Source: Pecten maximus (taxonomy: Eukaryota). From it: a DNA stretch of 64,000 bases. The first letter of the stretch is position 1. Each line of letters opens with the position of its first letter. The notes under the pieces were generated by a model. It was not told the DNA's origin. It saw only the letters and a program-made list of their open reading frames with translations, and made no database searches. Shown here in pieces: positions 25,301-39,501 of this stretch. Both the position numbers and the translations under genes were made by a program. Location of the stretch: contig NC_047023.1 of the NCBI RefSeq assembly GCF_902652985.1, positions 29,946,001-30,010,000 on the forward strand. Direction: 5' to 3'.

Positions 25301-28300
25301 CGAATTATTATGTGTGAAGCTTAATTATTTAGCTTTAAATGTTGATTTCTGCGTGTTAGTATCTGTTTACGTATGTTGTGTACAAAGGGTGCATTTCCCT
25401 GTATTGCAATGATGGTTCATTGTGGAAACTGTGTATTATGTACATTATTGTCTTTTTGTACTACCGTTTCCTGTTGCGGCATTCCACGGTGATAGCACTT
25501 TAATACCTATGTGTGTGCCGTTCATGGTGTATCTGTGGATCGTTTGTCATAGAAAACGGAACATTTTATTTATTTACCTGTTGTCCATGTATATATGCTG
25601 TTGTGCTACTATATAAATTGTAATGTTTTTAGATTGTGTGTCTTTCCATTAGTGTGTGAAAGTGGAGTATGCTCCTATATCTTACAACCTCTACTGTGCC
25701 GGAAACACATGTGTTCCACCTACAAACCATGGAATTTCAAGCTTCGCAAATACTCCAGATGTCGACAACCCAGCGTGAAGTTCCTGTCGCATACATATAG
25801 GAACACTCGTTCCTTATCATCTTTTGGACACATGTCAACTTGCGATCGACGCTTTATCATGCATTGTATTGGAGCTAGATTCCCTGGTCTATACACAAGA
25901 CAAGCATGTCAGACAACGAGAGTTGCATTCCCACACTATAACACGCGCCAGCACTCGGCATCCTAAAAACGCTAAATAATGGTAAATATTAGGTATTTGT
26001 GGTCCATGCCAGAGTCGGATGACTTTCGTAATGATCTTTGTGACAGTCGGAGCCACTGCGTAGATCTGCGACATTGAAATCATTAAATTGCTTGTCAATC
26101 AAGACGGAAACCTGTTTTACTTCAGAGTGTCGTGTACATTTTGCGATATTAATTCCTTATTCCTTTGGGATTTTAACCAATTGTTGCCCCAGAAGATTGT
26201 ATGAATATAATTGTGCAGTCACTTTTCACTTGGTGTATAGATTGCTCTCCTAGGATGTGTACCTCTACAGGGAGGTATTGATAATACCAATTTATTCATA
26301 TTTTATGTAAGTGAAAAATGGCACGTAACATAGTATACTTCATATAAATTAATTTTTCAATAGTATAGATTTCTTGAGCAAGGAATGCGAATACAGCTAC
26401 TAACTTGATCTTGACGACAAGCGAAATTTGATTCCCTTATATCCCCTTCTTAATTTTAACAATTTTTGACTTGTGCATCACCAACGAGAAAAAGGCGTGT
26501 AATACTTTTTTATTTGTTTTTCGGCATATGATCTATAGAAAAAGATATATTTAGTTTTGAAGCATTTGCACAATAAGTTGAACACACTTGTGAAATCCAT
26601 GCCATCATTTTGAAATAACATCAGGCTAATATAAATGTTTTATGTTTGAAAATCCAGAGTAATATCGCCCGTATTTCTGTAGAATACTTGTGTAGAAATA
26701 TGAATTCACTCGATCTTTTTATTACATTTTAGGTATAACGTGTCAGACCAAGTTATGTCTCAGGCTGCGTCTTGCTGGCATGATTGGCTGTTATGGAGAG
26801 TAAGTCGACCCAAGGCGTCAAAGAGAACTTCTCAAGAAAAGTCGTAAAGTACGCCACATTCTAGGAATAGGCGAGTGGGCATTTATTTCAAAAGCAATGA
26901 GTGGCAATCGTAAAGTTGCACAAGCATATTTGTGACAGCCTAACATCTTATAGACATTGCTAAGATCATACACCCATAACAACTTACTCCTTTTGACAGT
27001 TTTCAAAAATATTAGATGTATTTTAATACACATATTGCTGAATATATACTGCTTTTTGTGGTCAAAGATGATACAACTGTACATGCATTTTATATCCATT
27101 CCAAATGATAACCAGAACTATACATCATTTAAAATACTTAATCGATTTAATTTTATTTTTTGAATACTTTCGATTTAAAAGATAAATCTGCTTTTGGAAA
27201 AGTATGGACAAGGAGGTATGAAGTGGAAGGTGTTAGTGGTTTGCCAGTGCAGAGCCACGTTTTATCGCCCAGGAAGCCTGAGCTAACATCGATCCAAGTA
27301 GTTTCATAATGTAACGGAGACTACATCGTAGGGATTCAAAGCTACTGATATATGATATACTGCGTATCGTAATAAGATGCTTACACATTGTGATATGTCA
27401 AGAACCGTCAATGATTTACAAGGGTAACCTTTGACCTCGGATGTATCAGACGAAACTAAGCGAAATCCGAGCAAAATCCACACAGGTGATATATGGTGAA
27501 AAGCAAATGTCTTGATGAGTGAAAAACAAATGTTTAAAGAAACAAATTGTAGTTGTTGATGATTAATTCACACGTGGATAGCAGGTTAATTTGGTAACAT
27601 TAGAATTAACATTTTAGGGGACAGCTGAGGTATTTACAGACAATTATCAACGTCTAATAGTTATCGTATGAATTGGTTTCTGTTTCGGGGAGTAAATAGG
27701 GTGCGAAAAATCATACAAGTGGGGCATCTCAACACACCTTCATAACGACATATTATTGCCTCCCTAATTGACTTCGAAATTAGCTTGTGTCAAATTGGAA
27801 TACGTTTTGTAATACAGATATGTTTTCTGCTAATATTTCAGAAAGAGTTATTTGTTGGCGTAAAATTTCAAATTTACATGTATAGGAAATTCAAAAATCA
27901 GTGATTTTCGGACAGTTTCTATTTTCAATTGCATCAATATTTACACCTGTCTTTAATATATACAAGGTGCTTCCAAATCAATTTGATCACATTGTTAACT
28001 TGAGGTTAATTTGGTAGTTTTTTTATTTTTTTTACAAATGCTAGTGAATCTACAAAACAGGACAGGCGAGACATATCATTACGCGTTATTCTTGTTTTGT
28101 GTCTGGCTTTAGGATGACACAAGCGGCGTTATCCCGGGTTCTCTGTTCCCATACTTAAAACGTCCTGTTGTTCCGGCCGAGTTAACAGTAGCGATTTATA
28201 TAAGAGTACGATTTGTAAAATAACATTCGATATAAAACAAATCATTTACATGTAATTGCTTGACGTAAATAATGAATAAGGAATATTATATATTTATATA

Positions 28301-31300
28301 CCCAATTGAAATATTGTTGATTTTCTCAAAAAAGTTATTGTCATACTCCGGTTTATATTAAGTATGTATCCCACTGATAAGTTCAATCTATGACCAATTC
28401 TTGAATATATGCATGATGGGAATACTATCCGGCTAATTAATCAATGTGATCTGTTTATATAATGTGTAGATGATTGTCTCCCCTGACAGTGTTCCCTTGC
28501 TCAATTGTTGGAGGTGGCGCCACCGTCAGTCTAGTCTGACATGAGAAGTCGAGCAGGCTAATTGTACTGAGCTCCATGGTAATTCCACGCATGTTCCTGC
28601 CCGTTACCAACAAGGGAGCACTCGACAATGTTCAGAAAAGAAACATTCAAATTACTCGATAGTCTTTGATTGCGTTTTCCATGATCTGATTTTTAATGAT
28701 TCAATGTCGAGATTAAAACGGAAGCAGCCTTAGTGATTGAATGAAGTTTAACGACTCCATGTGGTTAATATTCTACTCGAGAAATGCATGTAATGAGGGG
28801 TTCCCAGCCTATGCTAACTTTCTATACTGTTTTGTGACTACGTTAATACAAACGAAGCCCTACCTTTAGCTTGTATATCAAAATGTATTGTAAAAAGATA
28901 ATTATCAGCACAACCAATATGTATGCGTATACCCTGTATGAGAGAAGGAAATCATAATCGGTACCCGGAAAATGTCAGTGTAGGACATCTTAGTAATACA
29001 CAGAGTTTAATATATCTGGCATGTGAATTTAATCTGCAGCTCATATTGCATGTGTAATTACATGCGACTAAATTGGGGATCTTATGCTCCCTTTCAAAAC
29101 AACTGTTTTCGTATAAATGTCTAACTTTACAAAGCCTCACATTTGGCCTTGGATTTAGCCGCTCGCTCATACGCGGATGGTTACATGTTTTGTTTCCTGG
29201 CACAGTATATACAATATTGGAAATTCTGCAATGCTTTATGTTAAGCTTTAGCGTTGGCGATCTTTCCCGCTTGTTGCAAGTATAATTTGACCGGGTGAGA
29301 TGTCCCGATTCCCTGTCTATTTCAGTATGATTGTACTATACATACATCCGTCAGTGACCAATTAAATTATGGATACCGACCTTAAACGACCTCATCGTGT
29401 TGATATGACATACATATTACGTAAACCAAGCATACGTACATACATAATAATGTATCCGGTATCAGCACACACAGCATATGCTCTAAAAAAACACTTACAA
29501 AACACACATATATATCGTCCCGAATAAACCGTACCATTAAGCACAAGTAAAAGCTTTGTTATAGGCTCATGTGTACACCAGCAATGTATTTCCTATTGTC
29601 GACATATCGGTTGTTCTATATTGTCCAATTCACGCTAACGTTATTGTATATTTGTAAATGTAAATAAAACAACACACAATGATCGACGGTGAAAAAAAAT
29701 CACCACCGCAACAAAAACACTACCTGTAAAACACACAAGACAGATTCAATCAGAAATCTGTTGACTCCGTTTCATCATTACTCTTGTTTCAAATAATGTT
29801 TGGTTGTGCTTATAAGATGACAACGATATCATTATATGATCTGTAGGGAACTCTAAGCACGTTCTATCTGCAGCATTAAAATCGCATATATCACTACAAG
29901 ACGATCATAACCAAAATATCATTGCGGACATTTCCTACATGTATATCATTCTTAGAACACGGTACTACATTCTTGTACATGAACAGAACTCTTATTGAGT
30001 TTCTGGAATGCTGATAACATCAAGAGAACTTGAGAGACAAAAATGCATTAATCTTAAATCGCTGGAAACAGCAGCGTTGAAAATAAAAGATGAATTACAT
30101 TTGAGATCGAAAATCATATGCCCAAAAGCATAACATAACAACTGTTCTCTTTAGTAACGAATCTGTAAGCATTTTCATCTTCAAGCTTAATGATATCTTT
30201 CTCTGACATTGCGAATTATAAAAATGAAATATACGTTCATTAGTGAATTAATGTTTTCAAAAATCGCCGCCAGGCCATTAGTTTGAAACAATTGTATTAT
30301 AAACGTAGTTATTATATACCTGTATCCTTCGCTCAGATAATAATGAGGCATTATTTTAACCGATTCTCAGAATATGAACTGTGCTTCCCGCCTAGCCTTG
30401 CCTACACAAAAAAGGAAATAGTCTATTCCTTCCGTATCTAGTTTCTCCCTTCAGAAATTAGACATTATTCCTACCTAGTCTTGCCTACAAAACCAAACCT
30501 ACAATGTATCTCCATCCATTTACAGAACATCACACGTGATTGCCGCCTAGAAATGGGACATAGTTTCCACATAGGCTTGCTTTCAATACACCAGACATAA
30601 CTTACCCTATAGAAGATGACATGTGTTACCGACAACAAATATAATTATTTTTACGCGACACATAAATCTTCTCGAAAGAAGTATCTATACTGTTCCCTAG
30701 GGCAAACAGTATTAACGACCTATAAGTAAAACTTTTCGTATTATTACAATACAGTCGGCAACGCAAATTCAATTTGTTTCTTTGATTTGTAAAAGCAAAA
30801 AGAGACCACAAAACACAACAAGAAAACCTTTTTCAACGTAGGTGTATTATAGACCGACTACAACGTTTAATCCAATTCCAAGTTGAGTTTTTTTTATTAT
30901 TCACTTAAATAAGGCTAGTGTCTATTTTTCTATCTTGTTAATTCTAGGAAATTCATTTAATGTTGGAAACCCGCATTCGTTTAATGTGCAAATCATTGTA
31001 GAACTATTTTATTTTACATTTTTTGACCTTCGCACGACTCTCAGACTCCAAATACCAGCTCAGAATCACGTTGTATGAATTATTGAACAACTCGTTAGCA
31101 TAGCAATAAAATGCTTAGTGGAAATATCTGTCGACACTTGGTGTGTTTTATCTTGCATTTAGTATTCCAATCATGCACCGTCATTGAATGAGTAGACCAA
31201 CTAGCCCTTCTTCTCCCGATACCTACAAGAGCTCAACGATAAAGATGTTCAATTCAAATCAAGTTAAAATCGGGCAGGAATACGAACAATTGAATCACGG

Positions 31301-34300
31301 TGGGGATGGCTGCTGTTGTAAGATATATGGAAATTGGTACTGTATGCCAGGCGCGTTGCTTTGAGCACCAATCCAGTGTCTCTGGTTGACATACGAAGAA
31401 GACAGTATCTTCTAAATCCTGAGTATTAAAGTGTGCTCAAATCCTTCTCTTTACCTTAACGTAGAACGCGTGACATTGAGTGCGACAAGATACAAACCCA
31501 TGAAGAATCTAATTAACATTAAGATAATGCTAGGAGATATTTTCTTATTAGTCTTTACAAAACGAACATAAAATGCATTTACAATATCAAATTCGCTTCG
31601 AAAATAACTAACGCTTAACTGCTAATAGATTGTTTGCATGACGGTTCTGCTGATTGTGTGTCTTTGTATAGGAGTTCCTTATCTTATTTACATTTGTTTC
31701 ACTTCTCTAAAAGATATTGTCGAATATCCCATCAAACTACTTAACAGAAAATACTAATCTCATTAAAATTGAAGTCTGAATTTGAGTTTGATGTTAAAGA
31801 GACAAAGTATGCTATCTCTAAAATAAACAAGATTAGCAATAACGTGTACAATGAAGAAATCCTCTTGGGACTCGAATTTACCGCCTTAAAATCGTTCACG
31901 TGCTGAATGAGAAATAGAAAGATCAGATAACGAGATTAGGTAATGAAGGAGAAATCAATCTGCCTTTTAGTAAGTATTATCGCAATCACATTATTCTTTC
32001 TAGAATTCAGAATAGTGAATTTTTAAACTTCAATGAGTACATTTGATAAATGAAAAGGGGTGCAATGAGCACATTTGAGATATGAAAGGGTGTTTATGAA
32101 TATACTTCTGTATTAATTGTTATAAAGCGTTCACTGTGAAGAGTGTTCTCTCCAGTCATATTATCACACTTTAATAGAAACTCAGTAAGATGTCCAGAGT
32201 AACAGTGATCCAGTAAACAGGACAACAATGCGTATATGTTAATGTTAGCTGGAGGTTGCGCCTGGTGATGAGTGCCTGTATGAGTTGGCATCCACACCGA
32301 CTGTCTGGCCCCTGGAACAAAGCCGTGGCCACGCACTTTTAAAACGTGTTTGTTCTGGCGGTAAATTGAATGTGAATATAGCATCTGCATTCGGAACTCC
32401 GTTATTGTAGAGTAAAACGCTTTAATAGTGAAGTCGTCTGGAAATTTCCTAAACGTTTCAAGACACCATTGGTTAATACTTTTCATTATACGCAATGCTA
32501 GTTGCGCGTTTCTGCCAATGATTTGTTTAGAGATATCGACGTTTGTTCGTCTCGGCCACTTTCAGACGTTTCTCTACATGACACATTTTTACGAGTCCAA
32601 ATTAAATACCTTTCATGGATACGTCACATTGATTGATAAGAAACCGTCATATTCGTTACTGTAATATAGACTAAAGTGCTTGTTATATAGCAATGATGGC
32701 TTCGGAAAGCTCATCACATGGCTAACATTTGCGTTTGAGCGTATCGTTTAAACTCTCTTAACACCATTTCATGAAATAGCAAACGACTTGTATTCTATTT
32801 ACCACTATATTGTTAGCAGTCGTACTTGGTATCGGTGTATCGACCTACTGTAGTAGTGCGCATGTCTGGTGATGTACCTGCGTGAGGAAATAACCAGTTT
32901 GTACATAGATATTTATGAGGCATTAATATCGTATTTGAATTTTATATGTATGTTTACTTTACTTGTCACATCACAGAAACGCTCAACACACCACCTTACC
33001 GATTCGTATCGCTCATGAAACGACTGAGTACATTCACATTAGTTGCCGCAAATGCAAGCTAAATATTTCATTTGATATTTTACATGTATATTGGTGTACA
33101 ATTACCCTTTTAAGAACTGAAGGTGATAGTTTGTTTTACTGAGTCGTACGCTGTCTCTGATACAACTGACAATATTTGCAGATTCTAGAATATGGTACAC
33201 CAATAATGCGATATTAAAATGTTTTCGATATTGCAATTTCCACATTCAACTATCAAGATGCTGTACAACATAATTTTTATTTAAAACATGAAAAAGTGGC
33301 ATGTTCTAAAATTTAAATGCACTTAAAGAAACATTATTCGGCACCTTCTGTTCAGGGGATACACACGAATTCAGAATTGATCTGCTTGCCCGTTAAAATT
33401 ATCGTCTATATTTTCTTCTTGGTCCTTTCAATTAGCCTTAAATTGGTGTGCTTTCGTATCTATATATCTTTTACCTTTAGTATCATCGTTTTAGACGTAT
33501 AGCAGATACATGATGCATATCTAAAATGATTGGTAAAGTACAATGGTCTAAGATCTAGTGGTATGTTTCATAGCCTAAAATAACGGCTGAGAGGGGGCAA
33601 TATCATTGTTAAGTATCCAAAACATCTAGGTGGCTTTAATGTCGTTTGCTAGATTTTCTTCATTTGCTAAAATAAATTTCGTTATGAGGCACCAAACCTT
33701 ATGGCACGTCGGCCTATTTCAGTTGTTTAAAATCGCACACAAATGTTCTTACTTAACTTAACCATAAGTTTCATCATTACCCTATCTCACGACAATGCGT
33801 TGTTGTTTGGCTCGTGTTTGTATATACCGTAATCTTTCCTGTCGTACAGGTGAAGAGGTAGATACACTATCTTTACTGTAATATCTCACATAGTATCATT
33901 ATACATTCAAACGTACATGTCTGATAGACGTCATGATTAGAAAACTACACACATAAAAAATACATTTTAGTCAGATATAATTATGAAATATTCGCAGGGA
34001 TTGCCTACCACTTGCCAGCAGTTATATACACCTAATATACGAACGATATTTAACTTTGTTCAAGGTTATGTTTCTTTGAAACCCTGACAACTGTCTCTGT
34101 CCCGATTCATCACTACCCTTCATTGTTTACACGTGGAGGGCGGATTCTGACAGAGTACTACCCAGGGCCTATAACGCCACTCGCTGTATCTAACGTTTGC
34201 AATACTTCCTGATTACAAGCAAAGGGCGGGGCTGGTCGTGGCAGTTTTCTTAGCTTAACATATCGCTGGTAATGAAGGTTGGTAAGATTCCAGAGAGGAA

Positions 34301-35810
34301 TTAATTACTTGGTACTACCTCGACTCCAACGAAACATGTCGTAGATATGCTTACATACACTCTATATGTATATATCATATATTTGAATATTAAATAAATA
34401 AAAAACTAATACTTAATACTTAAAGAAAAAATATCACTTTTGCCTACAGCACGTCTTTCAAGTCTTAGTATACGTTAGATGAACTATGCAATACAGTATA
34501 CGTGACATAGCGATGATGTATACCTATGCGGAACCAAATCAAGTATTATTTACTAGAATCAATTAATTTTCAAACCGAAGAAACATGTTTTCCTCAATTA
34601 AGTCTTTTCATCATAACAATATACCATCTCCTATCAAAATTCTAATTGTTTTTTTCTGAATGGGACCAAATTAAAGCCCCTCTTTGATTACAATTTCACT
34701 AAAATGTTGTATCACACGTACGTTGGAATTGAATTTGCTTCGATACAATTTACTGATACCTAAATAGGCCATTTATGTTTCGGTGTACACTACTCTTAAT
34801 TCAAGCTGGTTTCAAAAAAGATCAGTCGCTTATTGACAATATCAGAAGGTTTCAAGACGATAATGGAATATTTTTGATATCCTATTCCAAAATTCTACTG
34901 AAATGACATGTATTCATGAAACTTAGTTAGGAGACACGGATATTTTTCAATGTTATAAACGTTAGTTACATCGTATGTTAGCGTGTCTAGACACGTTAAA
35001 GATGACCAGTGTCTAGTCTCGGAAATAGCATAGGTATGGGCACTCTATGTGTATCTCGGTAATAGTGATGGTAGATGCTGCTCGAGCACGAAACGTAAGG
35101 AATGATCCAAGTGCAAACAGATCAGTATTGGAAAACCCTCTTCTGAAAAATACACTGTATACAACAGTTTAGACTCAACAATGTCTGGAAAAACGAGAGA
35201 CATAAACATAACTTTTAAATTTAACACTGCTTAACATGATGGAGTCATTCCACTTTGAACAACTTAGAACTGTCTAAAAGGTAGGCTATGTTTGCTTCAT
35301 AAGAAACAATCATTCCAACGTAACATCTCTGAAAACATATACAAATACTCGTTGGTTGTATATGGCATGTAAAATGTAAGCACCTACCTTCAAGTGTCTC
35401 CATAATCAACGTCATGGGCGATATGAAATCATCATTTTTTACAGTCCAAGTACAAACAATATGGAGACAAAGACTATTTAATTTTTAGTGTCCTACAAAA
35501 ATAGACAATTATTTGATATACAGATATAACACTGTTTTCATTTGCAATAGCAACATAAATAATGATGAGAAGGGGGACCGGGAGTGCGAGTGTTTAAATA
35601 CTATGTTATGTAATGGAGTAATTATCAAGGGTCAAGATTCTGGTATGTGTAGAGTTCCCATTTACTTATCATATGAAGACAAACATTCCCCATATGGTGT
35701 AATTGCAGATACGAATATCAGGTTTGGTAATTGCTTATAAATATCGCTCCTGGCCAAATAGATCTAGTATTTAGTTTGGTTTGCTATTTTTCGTAATTCA
35801 ACTTGAATTA

Positions 35811-36022
35811 CTGTAAACGTACTTATTTTAGCGCAATCAAATTTTAGCGCATTTGCAGATTTTAGCCAGTTAGCGCAATGATGAATTAGCGCATCCACAG
35901 AACTTTCTATAGAAATAGAACGTACAAAAAGTAATTAGCGCAATCATAATTTAGCGCAAGGCTTCCAGCGCGAAAAACGCTAAAATAAAATTACCGCTAA
36001 ATATATTTTGATACTTTTACAT
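35811..36022. mobile_element. MITE with TA target duplication and TTAGCGCA subterminal repeats
   Basis: Termini are TA|CTGTAAA...TTTACAT|TA (1 mismatch). There are six direct copies of TTAGCGCA, then inverted CGCTAA copies near the right end. Confidence 0.7.
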
Positions 36023-37879
36023 TATAAAGAAGTTAGTGCCAAATTGTCAAAACAGGTGAATAAATCTGGTAAATATTGGCGAATATTGATCGAGGAAGTT
36101 ATTACGTCACGCGAAACACAAAAGGATATTCTAAAGTGTGACAAAAAGAACTTATTTAGAGTGAAACCGACAACAGAGTCTTAGCCAGACATAAAGTAAA
36201 GTTCTGATACAGATAAATAATGAACATTAGGAAACATTTCACTCATAATGACACGCAACTTAACGTGAGATGTTTACATTAGACATAGCTCAAAGTAAAT
36301 ATAACGTTAACAGAATTTCTAGTCGAAAAAACATCATTCCTGAAACACTGACGATTAAACACATCGCATAACGAGACGTGAGATCGACTACGATTCAAAT
36401 CAAGACAGTTGTACAGTGCGATCATGTACATAGTTAAGCAATTTATAACTATCACAAATTAAAACGTCTTCATCCTTTAGCACGAAACTGACATATACTG
36501 TAGCTACGTTATTGGCATAATTATTACAATTACAGCTAAACTAGCAATGATAAATATTTATCGTTAACATTAGGCACAATGCAAGTTCTGCATCTTTAAG
36601 TTTTTTATTATGTTTTATACCTTGTGAGATCAATTAGTACCTTACAATGTGCTATTTTTAGGAAGTAGTATTTCCTTCGCTAATTGTTTAGTATCTCGTT
36701 TCGCACGATAAATAAGTAAAGTATTTGCAGATCAATTACCACGATGCAACGAGTACGTTGTAAGAAAATTAAATGGATACAACGATGAATATATTATAAC
36801 ATACTATTTAAAAAACGTTATATATTATATGATTTTCTAGATTCTAGATCACTAGAATGGTTTGTTTGAAACTGCTCCGTATTGTATATCAAACGCATTT
36901 TGAAGTCAGATTGTTCGCCCTAAACCTACCCATTGATCGATTTATAATAGTTATACATGTCTTTTTTGCATCCTAACAAATGAACAACAACGTAGAATGT
37001 TTAATATCAAGTAGAGGACATGCCAATTTCGTCTAAATGCCAACGTTTGTGTTATATATCTGGGACGTTCCTGTTTTCCGGTCGGCTCCCTGCAGATTAG
37101 GAAAACGTAAGCAATTGATTCGCCGGAAATGAGCACAGAACACATGCTACATTGTTAGTAGGACATTATCAGCAGTATAGTTACAGTACATATACAGTTT
37201 GTATGTGTTAGAACGACAGATATAACACTTGTTAGTTTACCACAACAAACTTATCACTACAACGCATTTACCCCGATAACCCGCTATTTCAAACATAAAA
37301 AATCTGATGAACTAGACGTTTACATTTCAAATGTTTAATGCTTATTCGAAACAGAAGGCCATCAGTATTTCTTTTTAAATTGACGTGTATTACGATGAAA
37401 TTAATGGTGGAAGGGATATGACCTGAAATGAGATTCCGCTTAATAATATGCAACTTACAACTTTGGGAATGTGTGCTTATATTACAATATATTGTTAATA
37501 ATAACAAATGATGATTTTTTTCAAATCAATCATTTTATAGGAATTGATATACAACTGACTTATCACAAAACCGATTTATTGGTGTGTCATTAATTCCGCG
37601 ACGCTAGTCAATCAAACCCATCGAACCACGTGAGTACAAAAAGTCCTGGTCAAAGGTCACCGTTTAAACCAATCAAAACGCATTTAGATCTTATTCCATG
37701 TGGTATGATTATTTCATGCATTGCAAGTTGAATAACACCCACCTACTACTGTAAAAATTATATAATCGCGGTTAAACCGCCTGACGGAATAACGGGCGAA
37801 ACTAACTACATATAGAGTGAAGGTTGTATGTCTAATTACATATATGATACGAGTTACAATGCTTACTGTTTCATACACT

Positions 37880-38420
37880 TTATTTTTTTATTTTTTTTTG
37901 CTTGGTTTGGTTTATGTTGTTTAACGTCCTATTAACAGCTAAGGTCATTTAAGGACGGCCTCCCGTGCGTGCGACATGCATGCGTGTGGTGAGTGCGTAT
38001 GTGTGTTTTGGGAGGCTGCGGTATGTTCGTGTTAAGTCTCCTTGTGATAGGCCGGAACTTTTGCCGATTTATAGTGCTACCTCACTGAAGCATACCACCG
38101 AAGACACCCAGCAGCACACCCCACCCGGTCACATTATACTGACAACGGGACGAACCAGTCGTTCCACTCCAAATATGCTGAGCGCTAAGCAGGAGTAGCA
38201 ACTACCATTTTTAAAGACTCTGGTATGTCTCGGCCAGGGGACAGAACCCAAAGCCTTCCTTACAGGGGCGAACGCTCAACTTAAGGCCAAAAGTGAGGCT
38301 TTGTCAAGGGTACATTAGGAAGAAGAAAGTTGTTAAGAAAGAAAAGATAAGATCCCAAGTTTACTCGCCTCTTACGATCATGCAATGGGGGCAGCAAGTA
38401 CAATTCTTACGCCCTATGCA
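37880..38420 (-). mobile_element. Full-length Meta-domain SINE (541 bp) with extra 5' leader and a 12-bp TSD
   Basis: Exact direct repeat GTTTCATACACT at 37868-37879 and 38421-38432. Minus strand order: leader; degenerate tRNA-like head (TGGCCTTAAGTTGAGCG...GGGTTCTGTCCC); Meta-type domain (GACATACCAGAGTCTTTAAAAATGGTAGTTGCTACTCCTGCTTAGCGCTCAGCAT); body; tail AAATGACCTTAGCTGTTAATAGGACGTTAAAC; then a CCAAA/A-rich end. Confidence 0.9.
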
Positions 38421-39469
38421 GTTTCATACACTACAAGAGAGGTCTAAGCCAAACCGTAACTCTAACTCAAAATCGATATGATGGCTGAAATATGAAGAAA
38501 AGAGTAATTCACATTTTCATACATGAATCACTACAGGGACACTAAGACAGTGTTCTCCGGAATGATAAGCGTCCATTTCGTCGCCAAAATCATCAGAAAT
38601 GGACGTCTAGGTCCAATTCAGGTAAAATCACGTTAAAGGGAAATGACAAGGAAACCTTAAGGCATATGCATGAAGATTATTTTTATTAAACACTGTCAGC
38701 TACAACATTAGCCTAGCTAATGAAAAGAGAGATTTGAACAAATAAATATAGTAGAGAATTATAGAATTTAACTTTAATGGCTGTTAAATACACCTCAAAG
38801 ACATTATAGAAAGAGAAATAATAAAGTATCTCGATAAAACGTGTTTGTTTCCTATCGAGATTCACAGACAGGCACGTGTCAAGCTGGTGCTTTTTTGTGT
38901 TTAAAATAATGAGTCTGATCATTGTGATTGAGTGCGAACATCGTAAATATTTACATAATAATAGTCTGCACTCTCTTAAACTTTATAACAACATTGCATT
39001 TCCAATAACACAGCCGTAGAATGACACGTTTCCGAGTCGTTGATCATAAAATGATGAGGCAGAGTTATCCATTTTGCTACGAGCAAAACAGATTTATGGG
39101 AAATTGACAACTGTGAACTTGAGCGAAATTAGCCGATGTGAATGTAAATTTTAAGGTGTTATTATCGAATGAATTATACTTTGTGACATCTGATGTCTGA
39201 CTAATGGATACATTAATGAAAACTACAATCAGAATGTTGTATATATAGGATAGAAATGCAATTTTCTATTGCTCAGCGCTTTGGTATGCCTTGCGGTCAT
39301 GCAAGTGATTGGTCGTAGTTATTTGAACGTAGGTCATCTCTATCAGTTCTGTTGAGTCTTGTGCAATGGTAATAAAGCAGCTTTGAGGGGCTCCTTCATC
39401 CATGGACATTTTGTTTTTATTATGGCCTTAACTGTCAAATGGCCATAAATATCAGATATGTTTTGAACT

Positions 39470-39500
<31 letters not shown>
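39470..39500 (+). repeat. Poly-G homopolymer (31 nt)
   Basis: 31 consecutive G. This run accounts for the poly-Gly and poly-Pro stretches in the ORFs at 39343-39663. Confidence 0.9.

Positions 39501-39501
<1 letters not shown>

Noticed and set aside
30385-30620. Possible degenerate ~37-bp repeat (CCTAGnCTTGCCTACA...)
   Set aside because: Only two clear copies of the core and irregular spacing; I could not establish a period.
32094-32495. 133-aa minus-strand ORF
   Set aside because: No recognisable domain and no suitable splice signals; the length is within chance expectation.
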